64,000 nucleotides of DNA from assembly GCA_964016885.1 (NCBI GenBank), contig OZ024742.1, forward strand, positions 362,390,001 to 362,454,000, in the 5' to 3' direction. The notes beneath the pieces were generated by a model. It was given only the letters and a program-made list of their open reading frames with translations, was not told the origin of the DNA and made no database searches. The stretch is from Eledone cirrhosa (lineage: Eukaryota). Below, in pieces: positions 1 through 12,610 of the stretch; positions within the stretch are counted from its first letter, which is position 1; each line of letters starts with the position of its first letter. The translations under genes were made by a program, and so were the position numbers.

Positions 1-44
1 GGCTGGTACCTTTAACTTCTTTTTCATCCTATCCCGCTGAGAAT

Positions 45-140
45 TTGTATATTGCTCAAGGAACACTGCGCCGCCGTTTGTTGAACTCATCACCTTTCGA
101 TCATCAGCCGAACATCCTAACCACTAAAGCAGAAGCCTTT
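45..140 (-). mobile_element. tRNA-derived SINE 5' portion (degenerate)
   Basis: Minus strand reads ...TTTAGTGGTTAGG (box A-like)...GAGTTCAAC (box B-like)...GTGTTCCTTGAGCAA, resembling the SINE at 25344-25450. Confidence 0.45.
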
Positions 141-454
141 ACATATTGTACATACAATATTGTTGTATGTTACTAAACCTTAGATTACTAGAAGCGCTAC
201 ATTCTTACCAGTGTAAAACCACTCAACTACAAATAGTTTCTGTACTTACTGCTAAACAATTATTAACCAAATAGATGAATACTTAAACTATAGCATATTT
301 GCATATATTTACATAACAATGTAAATTATATATTCATACTTGATATCATTGAAATTTAATTGCTTTACATATTGTTCCCTGGGCGAGTTGAACAAGTTTT
401 CAAATATTCCTAACAAGCAGCAACTACCAGCCACAATCACGGCCAGTATTACCA

Positions 455-832
455 CCACCAACACCATATCTACCTCCCCCAACATCGCCACATCACTAGC
501 AATCTTCCACCACTCCCATCTCTACCTCCCCCAACGTCGCCACATCACTAGCAATCTTCCATCACTCCCATCCCTACCTTCCCCAACATCGCCACATCAC
601 TAGCAATCTTCCACCAACACCATATCTACCTCCCCCAACATCGCCACATCACTAGCAATCTTCCACCACTCCCATCCCTACCTTCCCCAACATCGCCACA
701 TCACTAGCAATCTTCCACCACTCCCATCCCTACCTTCCCCAACATCTCCACATCACTAGCAATCTTCCACCAACACCATCCCTACCTTCCCCAACATCGC
801 CACATCACTAGCAATCTTCCACCAACACCATC
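455..832. repeat. 52-bp minisatellite, ~7 copies
   Basis: CATCACTAGCAATCTTCC recurs at 491, 543, 595, 647, 699, 751 and 803 (period 52). Confidence 0.95.
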
Positions 833-997
833 ATTAGTTTACGCCGTTACCAATGTCGTGTTATCAACAGTTTCTGGTTGAGTTGGACACCCAGTCGTGG
901 GCAAATGAACTCTCCCACACAAACTGAAGATTGTCAGCAGCTTTTGAAAGGAATTCATCCAAAGTAGGATGAATTAAAACAATTCTATATACTTTAA

Positions 998-1042
<45 letters not shown>

Positions 1043-1140
1043 AATATATGTATATGTATGTCCATATATGCATGTAAGTTATTATATTATAGTGTTGGGA
1101 TCAAAGGGCTGTGCTCTTGCCGTTTCAGCAGCCAATTCCA

Positions 1141-1142
<2 letters not shown>

Positions 1143-1227
<85 letters not shown>

Positions 1228-1232
1228 AATAT
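1143..1232. repeat. (TA)n microsatellite
   Basis: Directly visible. Confidence 0.97.
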
Positions 1233-1327
1233 ATGCAGAGGTTATATTTAATTTGTTGGGATTCAACAAGCTTAAACATTTTTATAACTGATATAAAGCA
1301 CTCAACAATTTAGTGGAGTAAATACAC

Positions 1328-3587
1328 AATATATTAATAAATGGAAACTATATTTATAAAATCATATTTATTTTATTATACATATTTCAAGGGCAACCAA
1401 GGCAACCCCTTTCTCATTAAGTATTAAAACTCCTATAGCTAAATTATTCTATAAATCTCTAGATAAGTGCTTTCCTAAGACACACAGGTATTACTCTATC
1501 TTTAATAGACATACTATTAAACTCTCATATTCCACCACTATGAGTTTAGCGCAGAATAGTAATAGAATTAATAATAGAAACTTAAAACCTAACCAGAATA
1601 GCATTAATACCCCTATCAATATCCAATAATATACGGCTCCCAATAATATAAATTCAGATAAATGTAATTGTAGAAATAAATCTATCTGTCCTCTAAATAA
1701 TAATTGTTTAGTTAAAAATATAGTATACAATTGTAATGTCAAAACAAATGAAAACTCCTTTAACTATGTCAGCTTTACTTCCACAGACTTCAAATCTCGT
1801 TTTAATAACCATAAATGTTATTTTACGAATATTGGTAAAAAAATCTTCAACTTCTCTATCTAACTTATTATGGGACTTAAAATCCAAGAATATTAACTAT
1901 TCTTTACTTTGGAAAATTATCTCCAAAGCTCCTTCATACACTGCTTTATCCCAAAATTGCTCACTTTGCGTTGAAGAAATATTCTTTATACTAAAAAGTA
2001 AGAACTCTATTAATTTGCGAAATAATTTATTTAGTTCCTGTAAACATCGTTTAAACTCAACTTTTAAATATATTTATAAAATGTAATATATGATTTATCT
2101 CCTTTACAATGATTTCTATATCTATATATGATTCATATATATTTAATTTACTTTTATTATCTCTACCTCATATATATACTATACACTTTATATTATTACA
2201 CCTATCGATAGATTATGACATTTTTTTATATGACTGCTTGAAACTCCCTTAAGAAAAATTTTTCTTGAAAAACTTACGGAAGGTTTTAGGAAAAAATCTT
2301 TTGAAAATTCCTTTGAAAGATATAGAAAAACCATTATTTTCATACCTTCCAATATTTTTATATTTTTATATCTTCAAACGTTTTTAATATATATATCCAA
2401 ATGTTTATATATATGTGGAAAAATATATATATGTGGAAAAATATATATATGTGGAAAAACATATGATTTTTATATATAGGTTTTTTAAAATATATATGTG
2501 GAATAACCTATGGTTTATGCTTTAAATATGTTCTTAAGATACATTTAAAACATTTTTTTAATTTTTTAACTTTATGACTTCTTATAAAATAACATATGGT
2601 TCATGTTTTAATTATATTCTTAAGATAAAAAAATGTTTAACCTTTTAACTTTATAACATTTAATCTTTGGAGTCATCTGAGATCTTAAAAAATCACTTCT
2701 AACTTCCTTTACACTTCTTTACTGTTTTTATAATATAATTAAATGGTTATTCCTTTGTAAGCTCTCGTAAATTTTTCATAAATTTAGAATTATTTGGATG
2801 TTTAAATTTTGACTTACAACTTTTAATAAAATAAACTATACTAGATTTTCTCTAATGTAAAATACTATATATTTATTTAAATAATTTATAATCCTTAACA
2901 TGCACATTTAAACCAATATATTATTACTAATACATCTTAATATAATATAATTATTAATATTAAATTATTAAATTAAATTTTTAATATTAAGGCAAATTCT
3001 AATCTTTAATTTTGATTTCTAATTTTTTATTTTAATCTAATTTTTCAACCTATCATTATAAGTATTGTAATCAAAACGTAATGAACCCTGCATTATAAAT
3101 ATTATTCTTCCGCGTTAATCTTATTTCTTCTTTCACTTAGATATACTTACGCTGTGTATATTTCTCCTTTGAAACTTATTTCTTCTTTCACTATATCTTC
3201 ACTATCAATATGTATAATCGTTCTTTCTTTCCTCTTCTATCTTTCTCCTTTCTTTTTTGTTCTTTTCTTTTTTTCTTTTTTTCTTTTTTTCTCTCTCCCT
3301 TACATATCATCTTCTTCCAACAGTTTAATTTAAATAAACCGTTACCTTTTCAACCTTTCGGACACTCATTTGCATACTCACTCATAACTTTGTATTACCC
3401 TCAATAAATGTACTATCTCCACTATCCAGGAAGCTACAACCGTTAAGGTTGTCTTTTTTCCGGGTATGTCAATATTTATTTATAAAACAAATCTGTAAAG
3501 CAGCATAATTTGCCTTGGTTTTCCTTGAAATATGTATAATAAAATAAATATGGTTTTATAAATATAGTTTCCATTTATTAATATATT
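1328..3587 (+). mobile_element. 5'-truncated, decayed Penelope-like retroelement with an inverted copy of its 3' end at the 5' junction
   Basis: PLE-type peptide from ~1406 followed by a long AT-rich 3' region. 1328-1405 is the reverse complement of 3510-3587 (~78 bp, few mismatches). Confidence 0.8.
1406..2086 (+). pseudogene. PLE linker + GIY-YIG endonuclease remnant
   Basis: Translates as PFSLSIKTPIAKLFYKSLDKCFPKTHRYYSIFNRHTIKLSYS...CNCRNKSICPLNNNCLVKNIVY...YVSFTSTDFKSRFNNH, then a frameshift in an A-run to TSLSNLLWDLK...CSLCVEE...CKHR. In-frame TAA at ~1627. Confidence 0.85.
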
Positions 3588-3605
3588 ATATATAAATATA
3601 TATAT

Positions 3606-3620
3606 GAGAGAGAGGGAGAA

Positions 3621-3687
<67 letters not shown>

Positions 3688-3698
3688 GGGAGAGAGAG
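3606..3698. repeat. (GA)n microsatellite
   Basis: Directly visible. Confidence 0.95.
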
Positions 3699-3727
3699 TC
3701 AGTGGGGCTGAACCTGGGAAGACTACA

Positions 3728-3917
3728 AATAATTGTTTCTACTTTTGGCACAAGACCAGCAATTATCCCAGTGCATTACAGGTACTTTATTTTATCGACC
3801 CCGTAAGGATGAAAGGCAAAGTTAACCTAGGCGGGATTTGAACTCAGAATGGCAAGGGCCGTAACTCTATGCATCAAAGCATGGCGTCCAACCCTCTACC
3901 GATACTGCCAATTCACC
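3728..3917 (-). mobile_element. tRNA-derived SINE, copy 1 of tandem pair
   Basis: Minus strand has GGCAGTATCGGTAGAG (box A-like), GAGTTCAAATCC (box B) and 3' end AGAAACAATTATT. Several related copies occur in the window. Confidence 0.85.
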
Positions 3918-3929
3918 GGGGAGACTACA

Positions 3930-4115
3930 AATAATTGTTTCTACTTTAGGCACAAGGCCAGCAACTACCCAGTGCCTCACTGGTACTTTATTTTATCGAC
4001 CCCGTAAGGATGAAAGGCAAAGTCAACCTCGGCGGGATTTGAACTCAGATCGTAAAGGGACGTAACTATGCTAGAAAGCATGGCGTCCGACCCTCTACCG
4101 ATACTACCAACCCAC
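3930..4115 (-). mobile_element. tRNA-derived SINE, copy 2 of tandem pair
   Basis: Highly similar to 3728-3917. Confidence 0.85.
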
Positions 4116-5524
4116 CTACAAATAATGGGAGTACTTAATATATGCGAAGATGCAGAGTAGATTCAAAAGTATAAAGCCGCGACGTCAAACTTGTTCAGCA
4201 AGTAGTTGGGTTTATATATTTCTCGCTCTCCCTCTCCCTCACCCCTCCCCTCCCCCTATATTTCCCCTCCCCCTCTATCCCTCCCTCTCTTCCACTCCCC
4301 CCTCTCTATCTCCTTGGTTTTCGGTTGCTTTAAATAAATCTTCTAAATAACCCAAACGTTTATGAGAATATTTAAAGAGACTTTTCAGAGAAAAGCCGAG
4401 AATGCCATTGGAATTACTGTCCATTAGATTCAATAAATAAAAGTCTAATTAAATTTATTACAATGAGCTGATGTAGTTTGACATGTATATAGTTGCATTC
4501 ATGAGCTGAACTGACACAGACCTTAACAGAATACAATTGCATGTGCTCGATAACACAGTGGTAATACCTGAATGTTGTGAGTATAAAATATGTCGACTAT
4601 AGATTTCTATAGTATGCCTGGAGTCTAGTATATTATCAGATTGGTCGGAGAAAATCTCCAACTTCGATTTGCGGCTACAAACTGAATAGAACTAATCCAT
4701 TGCTTAAGGAATTCTTATATAAGAATCTTCTGACGTAATCTTCACCAGATTTAGAGCTTCCTTATCGCATTTTAAACATTAATAAATAGGATTGATAAAA
4801 TGATTTCTACTACAAGATGAAGAAGAACAATAAAAAAGAAGAACTGGGGTGGAGTGACCAGGGAACGAACTCTACACCTTTGGCTAGTCACTATACTTCA
4901 GCTGCATACCACTATAAAGATGGCGAAATCATAGCCACGGAGAAGAGCCAACAACACCAATTGTATTAGCCATTCCATCACAGAACTACTGTATCTGATA
5001 AGATGCCTTCATCCTGATACAATGTCCTAAAACGGAAGTCCAAGAACTAAAGATACTAAGTGTCTTGATGGTTACCGACACAAATATAAAACGGTCAATA
5101 AAGCCGTTTTATTTAGCAATCATCTACTCTTCTGCGTTGATGGTAGGGGCGCAATGAGTTTTCCCTTAAACGATAAGCACGACACAAAAGAAAGTATTGC
5201 AAACATATGCCCCCCCCCAAAAAAAAAAAAATTTGGGGCAGCATATCTTTAACTCAAGTTTAAATACATACATACACAGCTACAAACTTGCATACATACC
5301 TACGTACCTACATGCACACATACATGCATAACTACATACATATATACATACATACTTACATAAATACATACATACATGCATATCAACATAAATACATGCA
5401 TACATTCTTACATATATATGTATACAAGCATAAATGCATACATACATATATACACTTATTAATAAGCAGACGACAGACTGTTAGAAAAATGGAGACACAA
5501 TCGAACACATACATACCCTACCCA

Positions 5525-5559
<35 letters not shown>

Positions 5560-5663
5560 TAGGTATTGTAACGTTAAGTTACTGTAGGGTCACCAAAGTG
5601 AGCTCTAGATGTGTAGTCTCTAGTATGTATTTTGGGGTTGTACTAAGCAGAGTGTAGTAATAA

Positions 5664-5950
5664 TATATCAAATAATAATGATAATATGGACAAGGTGTCA
5701 AAATTTCATTATAATCATTGGGGTGCGACGCGCGTTTCGCGATTGATCATCTCAAAATTCGATCCCTGTAGATCGGGCCTGACTCTGTTTCGTCATTCCT
5801 ATGACAGAAGTCTGACGAGCTTTTCATTCCAGAGACGGAACCGATCGGCACAGATTGAACCCTGAGGTAATCAATCACGAAACCCGCGTCACACCTCAAT
5901 AAATGTAATGAAACAACTCGTCCATATTATTATTATTATTATTTGATATA
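5664..5950. repeat. Imperfect inverted repeat of PLE pseudo-LTR-like 3' ends with HHR 3' half motifs
   Basis: Arms ~5664-5777 and ~5841-5950 are reverse-complement similar. Each reads outward as GAAAC(G/C)CGCGTC; the right arm is followed by AATAAA. Confidence 0.65.
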
Positions 5951-6164
5951 TATAACAAGGTATATATATAGATACATAAATACCTGTACACACCTACGGA
6001 AATCCTCGGATTTGCCAAATAATTCTCGTTGAGGAATAAATCCATTAATCACAGTGAGGTGCTGAATCTTCAAAATTCAATAATAACCATTATTCTACAA
6101 ATATTACAATCATTCTTCGATACAGTAGAAAAAATTACACACTCAGAAATTCATATACAAATAT

Positions 6165-6314
<150 letters not shown>

Positions 6315-6951
6315 GTATATAAATTCTTGCTGTTAGTATTTATATATATACATTTATTAATAGTGTATAACATATGCACACAGATATAAACATACATACA
6401 TTCCGAACTTACTCCGCCCCATCAACATTCTAACATTCTTCCTAAAAACGAACGGAAGATATCCACAAGTTGGAATCGGTAATTACAATATTACATTAGA
6501 AATCAGTAATTACAATATTACATTAGAAATTAACTTACTGAAATGTCACCAATTTAATGTCACCAACAGTGTCATTCAATCATCTCAGTCAAAATGGACG
6601 CCCGTTTGTGGGGGACATCTCTTATAGAAAGAATAGGGAGTTTTATAATTGATTAATGTTGAAACATGAGACGTCATCCATCGTTAGTCTGATCGGTTAA
6701 GGCTGACACGGTATGGAAGGCCACCATAAGCAAACCCGGCTAAGCAAAGTAATTAGTAATTATATCATTAAACTCTACATGTGAATATGGAGACATATAT
6801 TACCACATGCATACATCAAACGACACACAATTACAAAAATGTATATATATCGTTAAAGATAGCGGTCATGTTAAAATAACATCACATCAAACATCCCAAA
6901 GAAAGAATTAGAAGATATCACTCCAACAGAGGACTCCTCTTTACGAAGCAG

Positions 6952-6953
<2 letters not shown>

Positions 6954-7035
<82 letters not shown>
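6954..7035. repeat. (TA)n flanked by ~35-bp imperfect inverted repeats
   Basis: ACTCCAACAGAGGACTCCTCTTTACGAAGCAGTAA on the left resembles the reverse complement of TTGCTGCTTCATAAAGTCAGTCCTTTTCGGAGT on the right. Confidence 0.8.
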
Positions 7036-7037
<2 letters not shown>

Positions 7038-7333
7038 CTGCTTCATAAAGTCAGTCCTTTTTCGGAGTAGTACTTTCTAGTATACATACGATCTTGTGAT
7101 CACGTGACAAACACTCTAGCCACGAGGTCACGTGCCTTTACCAATGGAGAATATAATCAAGAGTATATTGCAGGTATTGGATAATAATAATAATAATAAT
7201 ATGATCAATGTGCTGTATTAACTGGTTTACCAATGCACACTGTGAATTTATTTGCACTAGGTATCAGGAATCGGCATATATCTCAGAAACAATAATGAAA
7301 CAAAATAAAAACAACAACAACAACAACAACAAC

Positions 7334-7370
<37 letters not shown>

Positions 7371-7372
<2 letters not shown>

Positions 7373-7700
7373 TCGACACGAAAGTGCAAGAGAAGGAGAG
7401 GGAGAAAATTAACCGATACCAGGACTTAAAGTGGGAGGTAAAAAGGATTTGGACCTGCCATGAATTCAAAGTGGTCCCCATTGTCATAGGCGCACTAGGT
7501 ACTATCTCAAAAAGTTTCCAGGGATGGTTAAAGAAAATTGGCCCCTTCACGCTTTTTGGAACGCTTCAAAAGGCATGCTTGCTGGGAACAGCAAGAACCC
7601 TACGATACGTCCTGAATATCTGAGGCTGCAGGTAGTGGCTTGATATTCATTTCAACAAACTTTCCAGTTAACTAACATCAATGACTGAGACTCAAAGAAC
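7371..7700 (+). mobile_element. R4/Dong-like RLE non-LTR retrotransposon, family B, 5'-truncated copy B1
   Basis: Encodes KINRYQDLKWEV...PIVIGALGT...LQKACLLGTARTLRYVLNI (RLE C-terminus). Its 3' UTR is nearly identical to 11688-11763. Flanked by (TAA)n. Confidence 0.9.
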
Positions 7701-7730
<30 letters not shown>

Positions 7731-7731
<1 letters not shown>

Positions 7732-10700
7732 GATGAAAATGAAAGAATCTGACATGGGGCAACGAGACACCCTCCCTAAGATCCAGAACTCCAAACAGAA
7801 CCAAAAGATAATACACAAGACTAACATAATTCTCAAAAACATTATCATCACAAACAAACTAAACATTACTGATTTAAATCATCTCTATTATGCATCGGCT
7901 AAAGTCACCACTCACTTATGTGGAGTGAAGATGAAAAAACAAAGGAATTCCCACAAGAAATCTACTTGGCAAGAGAACATCAACCGCCAAATAAACCTTC
8001 TCCGATCTGACATAGAAATTTTGACAAACTATAAAGTAGGTGAACATGTTAAACAAACTAAACTTAGAAAATTGAAAAAAAACTACAGTATAAAATCAAC
8101 AAGTGACATAGACATGCTGATAGAAATAATCAAACAAAAAGTGTCAGCCAAAGCTGCTCGTATAAGGCGCTTTGAAAAACGATCTAGATTCTATAAGGAC
8201 AATAATATGTTCAAAAACAACCAAGAAACTTCTACAGAAAAATTGGTAAGTCAACAATAACTTCTAAATCAATACCACCCAAGGAGGAAGTGCAAGAATT
8301 CTGGGAAAAGATCTGGGCCGAAGAAAAAGTTCATAACATACATGCCCCATGGATAGACAGACAAATGAAAGATACAGCTCACCTTGAGGAACAAATATGG
8401 GAAAATATAACAGTTGAACAGTTGCGCTTGGCTCTAAGAAAAACCAGCAAATGGAAATCCCCAGGAAAAGACAAAATAAAAACTTTTGGATAAATGCCTT
8501 CACAGTGTCTCATGAGCTTTTAGCCCAACTTTACAATGAAATAGTTAAGGAGCCAGAAAAGATACCATCATGGCTAGTTAACGGCATTACATTCCTGCTT
8601 CCGAAGAATGATGAGACAAACAATCCCAAAAATTACAGACCGATAACTTGCTTGACCACAATGTATAAAATTTTAACATCAGTCCTAACTGAATACACAT
8701 ATGACCACCTGATAACAAATGACCTATTTCCCATTGAGCAGAAAGGGTGTAAACGAGGCTCATATGGCTGTAAGGATCAGCTTCTGGTTAACAAAATGAT
8801 ACTGGAAGATTGTCATAATAGACACAAAAATCTATCGATTGCTTGGATAGATTATAAAAAAGCATTCGATAGTTTGCCACACAGTTGGATTGAAAAATGT
8901 TTAGAGATTTTCAAAATATCCCCCGTTGTCAGGAGGTTTTTGTCATTCAGTATGAAGACATGGAAAACGACACTCCTTTTGAATAGTGAAACAAAATCAC
9001 TGGAAGCTGGAGAAGTTAATATTAATTGTGGAATTTTTCAGGGTGACTCTTTATCACCGCTTTTATTCTGCATCGCACTTATACCATTAAGTAAAATGCT
9101 CAATGAAACAAAACATGGATATAAAGTCTATGACAAAACCATTAATCACTTGTTCTACATGGATGACCTGAAACTATTTGCAAAAAATGATGAACAATTG
9201 CAAGGGCTATTATCCACTGTGAAGCAGTTCAGTGATGACATTAAAATGGAGTTTGGACTAGACAAATGCGCCAAAGCAACGTTCACCAGAGGAAAGCTGC
9301 TGAAGAGTTCAGACATTAATCTTGATCGGGGGAACGTGATAAGAGAACTTGATCAAGAAAAAACTTACAAATATCTAGGTGTTTATAAAGGAGACGGAAT
9401 CAAGCACTCGACAATGAGGGAAAGGATAAGGAAGGAATGTTACCGCAGAGTAAGAGCAATCTTAAGAACGGAATTGAATGCAAGGAATAGGATCGATGCC
9501 ATAAACACGCTTGCCATACCAGTAGTAACCTACAGTTACAATGTCATCAACTGGTCAAGCACAGAGATCCGTAGGCTCGATACAAAAATTCGAAAACTCT
9601 TAACCATGCACAGAATGCATCACCCTAAGGCAGATATAGATATAATATATCTCCCTAGGAAAGAAGGAGGACGTGGGTTAATCCAGTTAGACATTGTGTT
9701 GAAAACTGCAACAATTGGATTATCTACACATCTAAGGAAATCACATGATTGGATGATCAAACTCGTTTTGAAACACAAAAACATCAAAAGAACATACTCC
9801 ATTACAAAAGATGCACAAAGATACAGTAATGAACTACAAATTTCAGAAGTCCCATTTACTGCTGAAATGGAAAACACAGCAAAAGCAAAGCAGGTAAAAG
9901 TAACTGCAAAGAAAGAACTGCTACAGAAACTGGCTAAGAAATGGCAAGAAAAGCCTCTGTATGGAAAATACCCAGAGCGAGTTAACAATCCTGATGTTGA
10001 CAAAACTTTAACCCGTCAGTGGTTGGCATCCTCTGGACTGAAATCGGAGACTGAAGGACTGATTATATCAGCACAAGATCAGTGTCTGCCAACAAAAAAT
10101 TACCAAGCCAACATAATAAAAAATGGATGCAGCCCATTATGCCGTGTATGCAAAAAACAACCAGAGATCATTGACCATATAATTTCAATGTGCAGTCCTA
10201 TAGCTCCAACCGAATACCTAAACAGGCATGACAGAGCTGCACAATACATACATTGGATAATGTGTAAGCATTTTGACCTGCCCCATAAAAAGAATTGGTG
10301 GGAGCATCAACCACCTCCCATACTTGAAAAATATCACATCTCAATCTTGTGGAACTTTAGCATCCAAACAGACCGAAAAATAGATGCAAATAGACCTGAT
10401 ATAATATTGAAGGACTTCAAAAAAAGGTATGCCTGCTAATTGATATGTCTGTTCCAATAGACAAGAATGTATCTATAAAAACATTTGAAAAATTGAGCAA
10501 GTATAAGGACCTGGAGATAGAAATTTGAAAAATGTGGAAATTGAGAACTAAAACAATACCAGTGGTTGTAGGCGCTCTGGGAATGATACCTAAGGGGTCT
10601 AATGATTACTTATCGCAAATCCCAGGAAACCCGCGTATAGGAGAAATACAAAAGATAGTACTAATGGGAACTGCCCATATACTAAGGAAAATTCTGTCAA

Positions 10701-10849
10701 TATAAGTACATCACAAGTCTAAACACTAAAGATACATGTGTGAGTATGTATGTACTTTCTTGAACATGGCGGACCTTGTTGTCTCTTGAGGTCACTGGTT
10801 GTGACTTGGTGATAACTCGTGTGAACATAAAGCAAGATAAATGCAACTG
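7731..10849 (+). mobile_element. R4/Dong-like RLE non-LTR retrotransposon, family A, long disrupted copy A1
   Basis: RT motifs YRPITCL, DYKKAFDS, GIFQGDSLSP, YMDDLK; CCHC knuckle CRVC..HIISMC; RHD; RPDI endonuclease motif. Frameshifts near 8225, 8480 and 10425. Ends in (TAA)n. Confidence 0.92.
8451..10705 (+). pseudogene. Reverse transcriptase + zinc knuckle + restriction-like endonuclease ORF (frameshifted)
   Basis: ORF 8451-10439 has an intact YMDD. Its C-terminus continues in another frame with a premature TGA at ~10526 (GGA in copy A2). Confidence 0.88.
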
Positions 10850-10883
10850 TAATAATAATAATAATAATAATAAAAATAATAAT

Positions 10884-11763
10884 GGGATGTCCAAGGAGGA
10901 AATAACATCAAGGAGAAAGAGCAGCCTTCATGAAAAATCCCTTCATAGTACCTTCTTTAAGAAAACTAAATTTAGAGATCCACAGACATGGAACTGGTTG
11001 AAAAGAGGAGACCTTAAAAAGGCTACAGAAGGGATGTTAATGGCTGCGCAGGAGCAGGCCCTCAAAACGAAGTGGTTGAAACACCATATTTACAAGGAGG
11101 AGGCTAACCCACTGTGCAGGATCTGTGGAGAGAGAGAGGAGACGGTGGCTCACATTGTATCCGAGTGTAAACACCTAGCCCAGACTCACTATAAGGGCTG
11201 GAGACATGATGTGATGGGCAGGGTGATCCACTGGCACCTATGCAAAGTAAACAATTTACCACATTCTGAGAAATGGTATGAGCATAAGCCAGAGGCGGTG
11301 ATAGAAAAAGATCAGGTGAAGGTGCTGTGGGATTTTAGGATACAGACGGACAAGAAACTGGAACACAATAGACCTGACCTGGTGGTTGTGGACAAAGAAA
11401 AAAGATCGTGCCTGATTGTGGATGTGGCCTGCCCATTCGACACGAGAGCGCAAGAGAAGGAGAGGTATAAAATTAACCGATACCAGGACTTAAAGTGGGA
11501 GGTAAAAAAGATTTGGAACTGCCATGAAGTCAAAGTGATCCCGATTGTCATTGGCGCACTAGGTACTATCTCAAAATGTTTCCAGGGATGGTTAAAGAAA
11601 ATTGGCCCCGCCTCGCTTTTTGGAACGCTTCAAAAGGCATGCTTGCTGGGAACAGCAAGAACCCTCCGATACGTCCTGAATATCTGAGGCTGCAGGTAGT
11701 GGCTTGATATTCATTTCAACAAACTTTCCAGTTAACTAACATCAATGACTGAGACTCAAAGAG
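10884..11763 (+). mobile_element. R4/Dong-like RLE element, family B, 5'-truncated copy B2
   Basis: Open frame with TEG..MAAQEQAL, CRIC..HIVSEC, RHD, RPDL..D..CP and stop at 11687. (TAA)n on both sides. Confidence 0.92.
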
Positions 11764-11770
11764 TAATAAC

Positions 11771-11814
<44 letters not shown>

Positions 11815-11816
<2 letters not shown>

Positions 11817-12341
11817 GCACCTATGCAAAGTAAACAATTTACCACATTCTGAAAAGTGGTATGAGCATAAGCCAGAGTCGGTGATAGAAAACGATCAGGT
11901 TGAAGGTGCCATGGGATTTTAGGATATAGACGGACAAGAAACTATAACACAATAGGCATGACCTGGTTGTTTTTGACAAGGAAAAAAGATCGTGCCTGAT
12001 TGTAAATGTAGCCTGTCAATTTGACACGACAGTGCAAGAAAAGGAGAGGGAGAAAATTAAACAAAACCAGGATTTAAAGTGGGAGTTAAAAAGGATTTGG
12101 GACTGTCATGAGATCAAGGTCGTCCCGATTGTCATAGAGCACTAGGTACTATCTCAAAGCGCTTTCAAGGATGGTTAAAAAACATTAGTTCAGCCCCCTT
12201 TTTTGGAACACTTCAAAAGGCATGCTTGCTGGGAACAGCAACAAGCCTCCGATACGTCCTGAATATCTGAGGCTGCAGGTAGCGGTTTGATGTTCATTTG
12301 AACAAACTTTCCAGTTAAATAATATCAATGACTGAGACTCC
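11815..12341 (+). mobile_element. R4/Dong-like family B copy B3 (more diverged)
   Basis: Aligns by eye to 11232-11757 with many substitutions and an indel. Confidence 0.9.
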
Positions 12342-12426
<85 letters not shown>

Positions 12427-12550
12427 GCTTGCTGGGAACAGCAAGAACCCTCCGATACGTCCTGAATATCTGAGGCTGCAGGTAGTGGCTTGATATTCAT
12501 TTCAACAAACTTTCCAGTTAAATAACATCAATGACTGAGACTCAAAGAAC
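12427..12550 (+). mobile_element. R4/Dong-like family B copy B4 (3' tip only)
   Basis: GCTTGCTGGGAACAGCAAGAACCC...GAGACTCAAAGAAC matches the family B 3' end. Confidence 0.9.
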
Positions 12551-12610
12551 AATAATAATAATAATAATAATAATAATAGGCTCCGAAGTGATGGGAAGGT
12601 TTGAACCATT

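Noticed and set aside
340-603. Ser/Pro/Thr-rich ORF
   Set aside because: Runs into the 52-bp minisatellite, whose period is not a multiple of 3
920-980. CTGAAGA…GAAAG hammerhead-like words plus a small hairpin
   Set aside because: Helices I and II could not be formed
3728-4115. tRNA genes
   Set aside because: Box A/B motifs belong to SINE heads; no cloverleaf
4380-5200. Possible ancient LINE 3' fragment
   Set aside because: Too degenerate to support a motif by eye
6479-6530. Short direct duplication GTAATTACAATATTACATTAGAAAT x2
   Set aside because: Adjacent copies with nothing inserted; a simple slippage duplication
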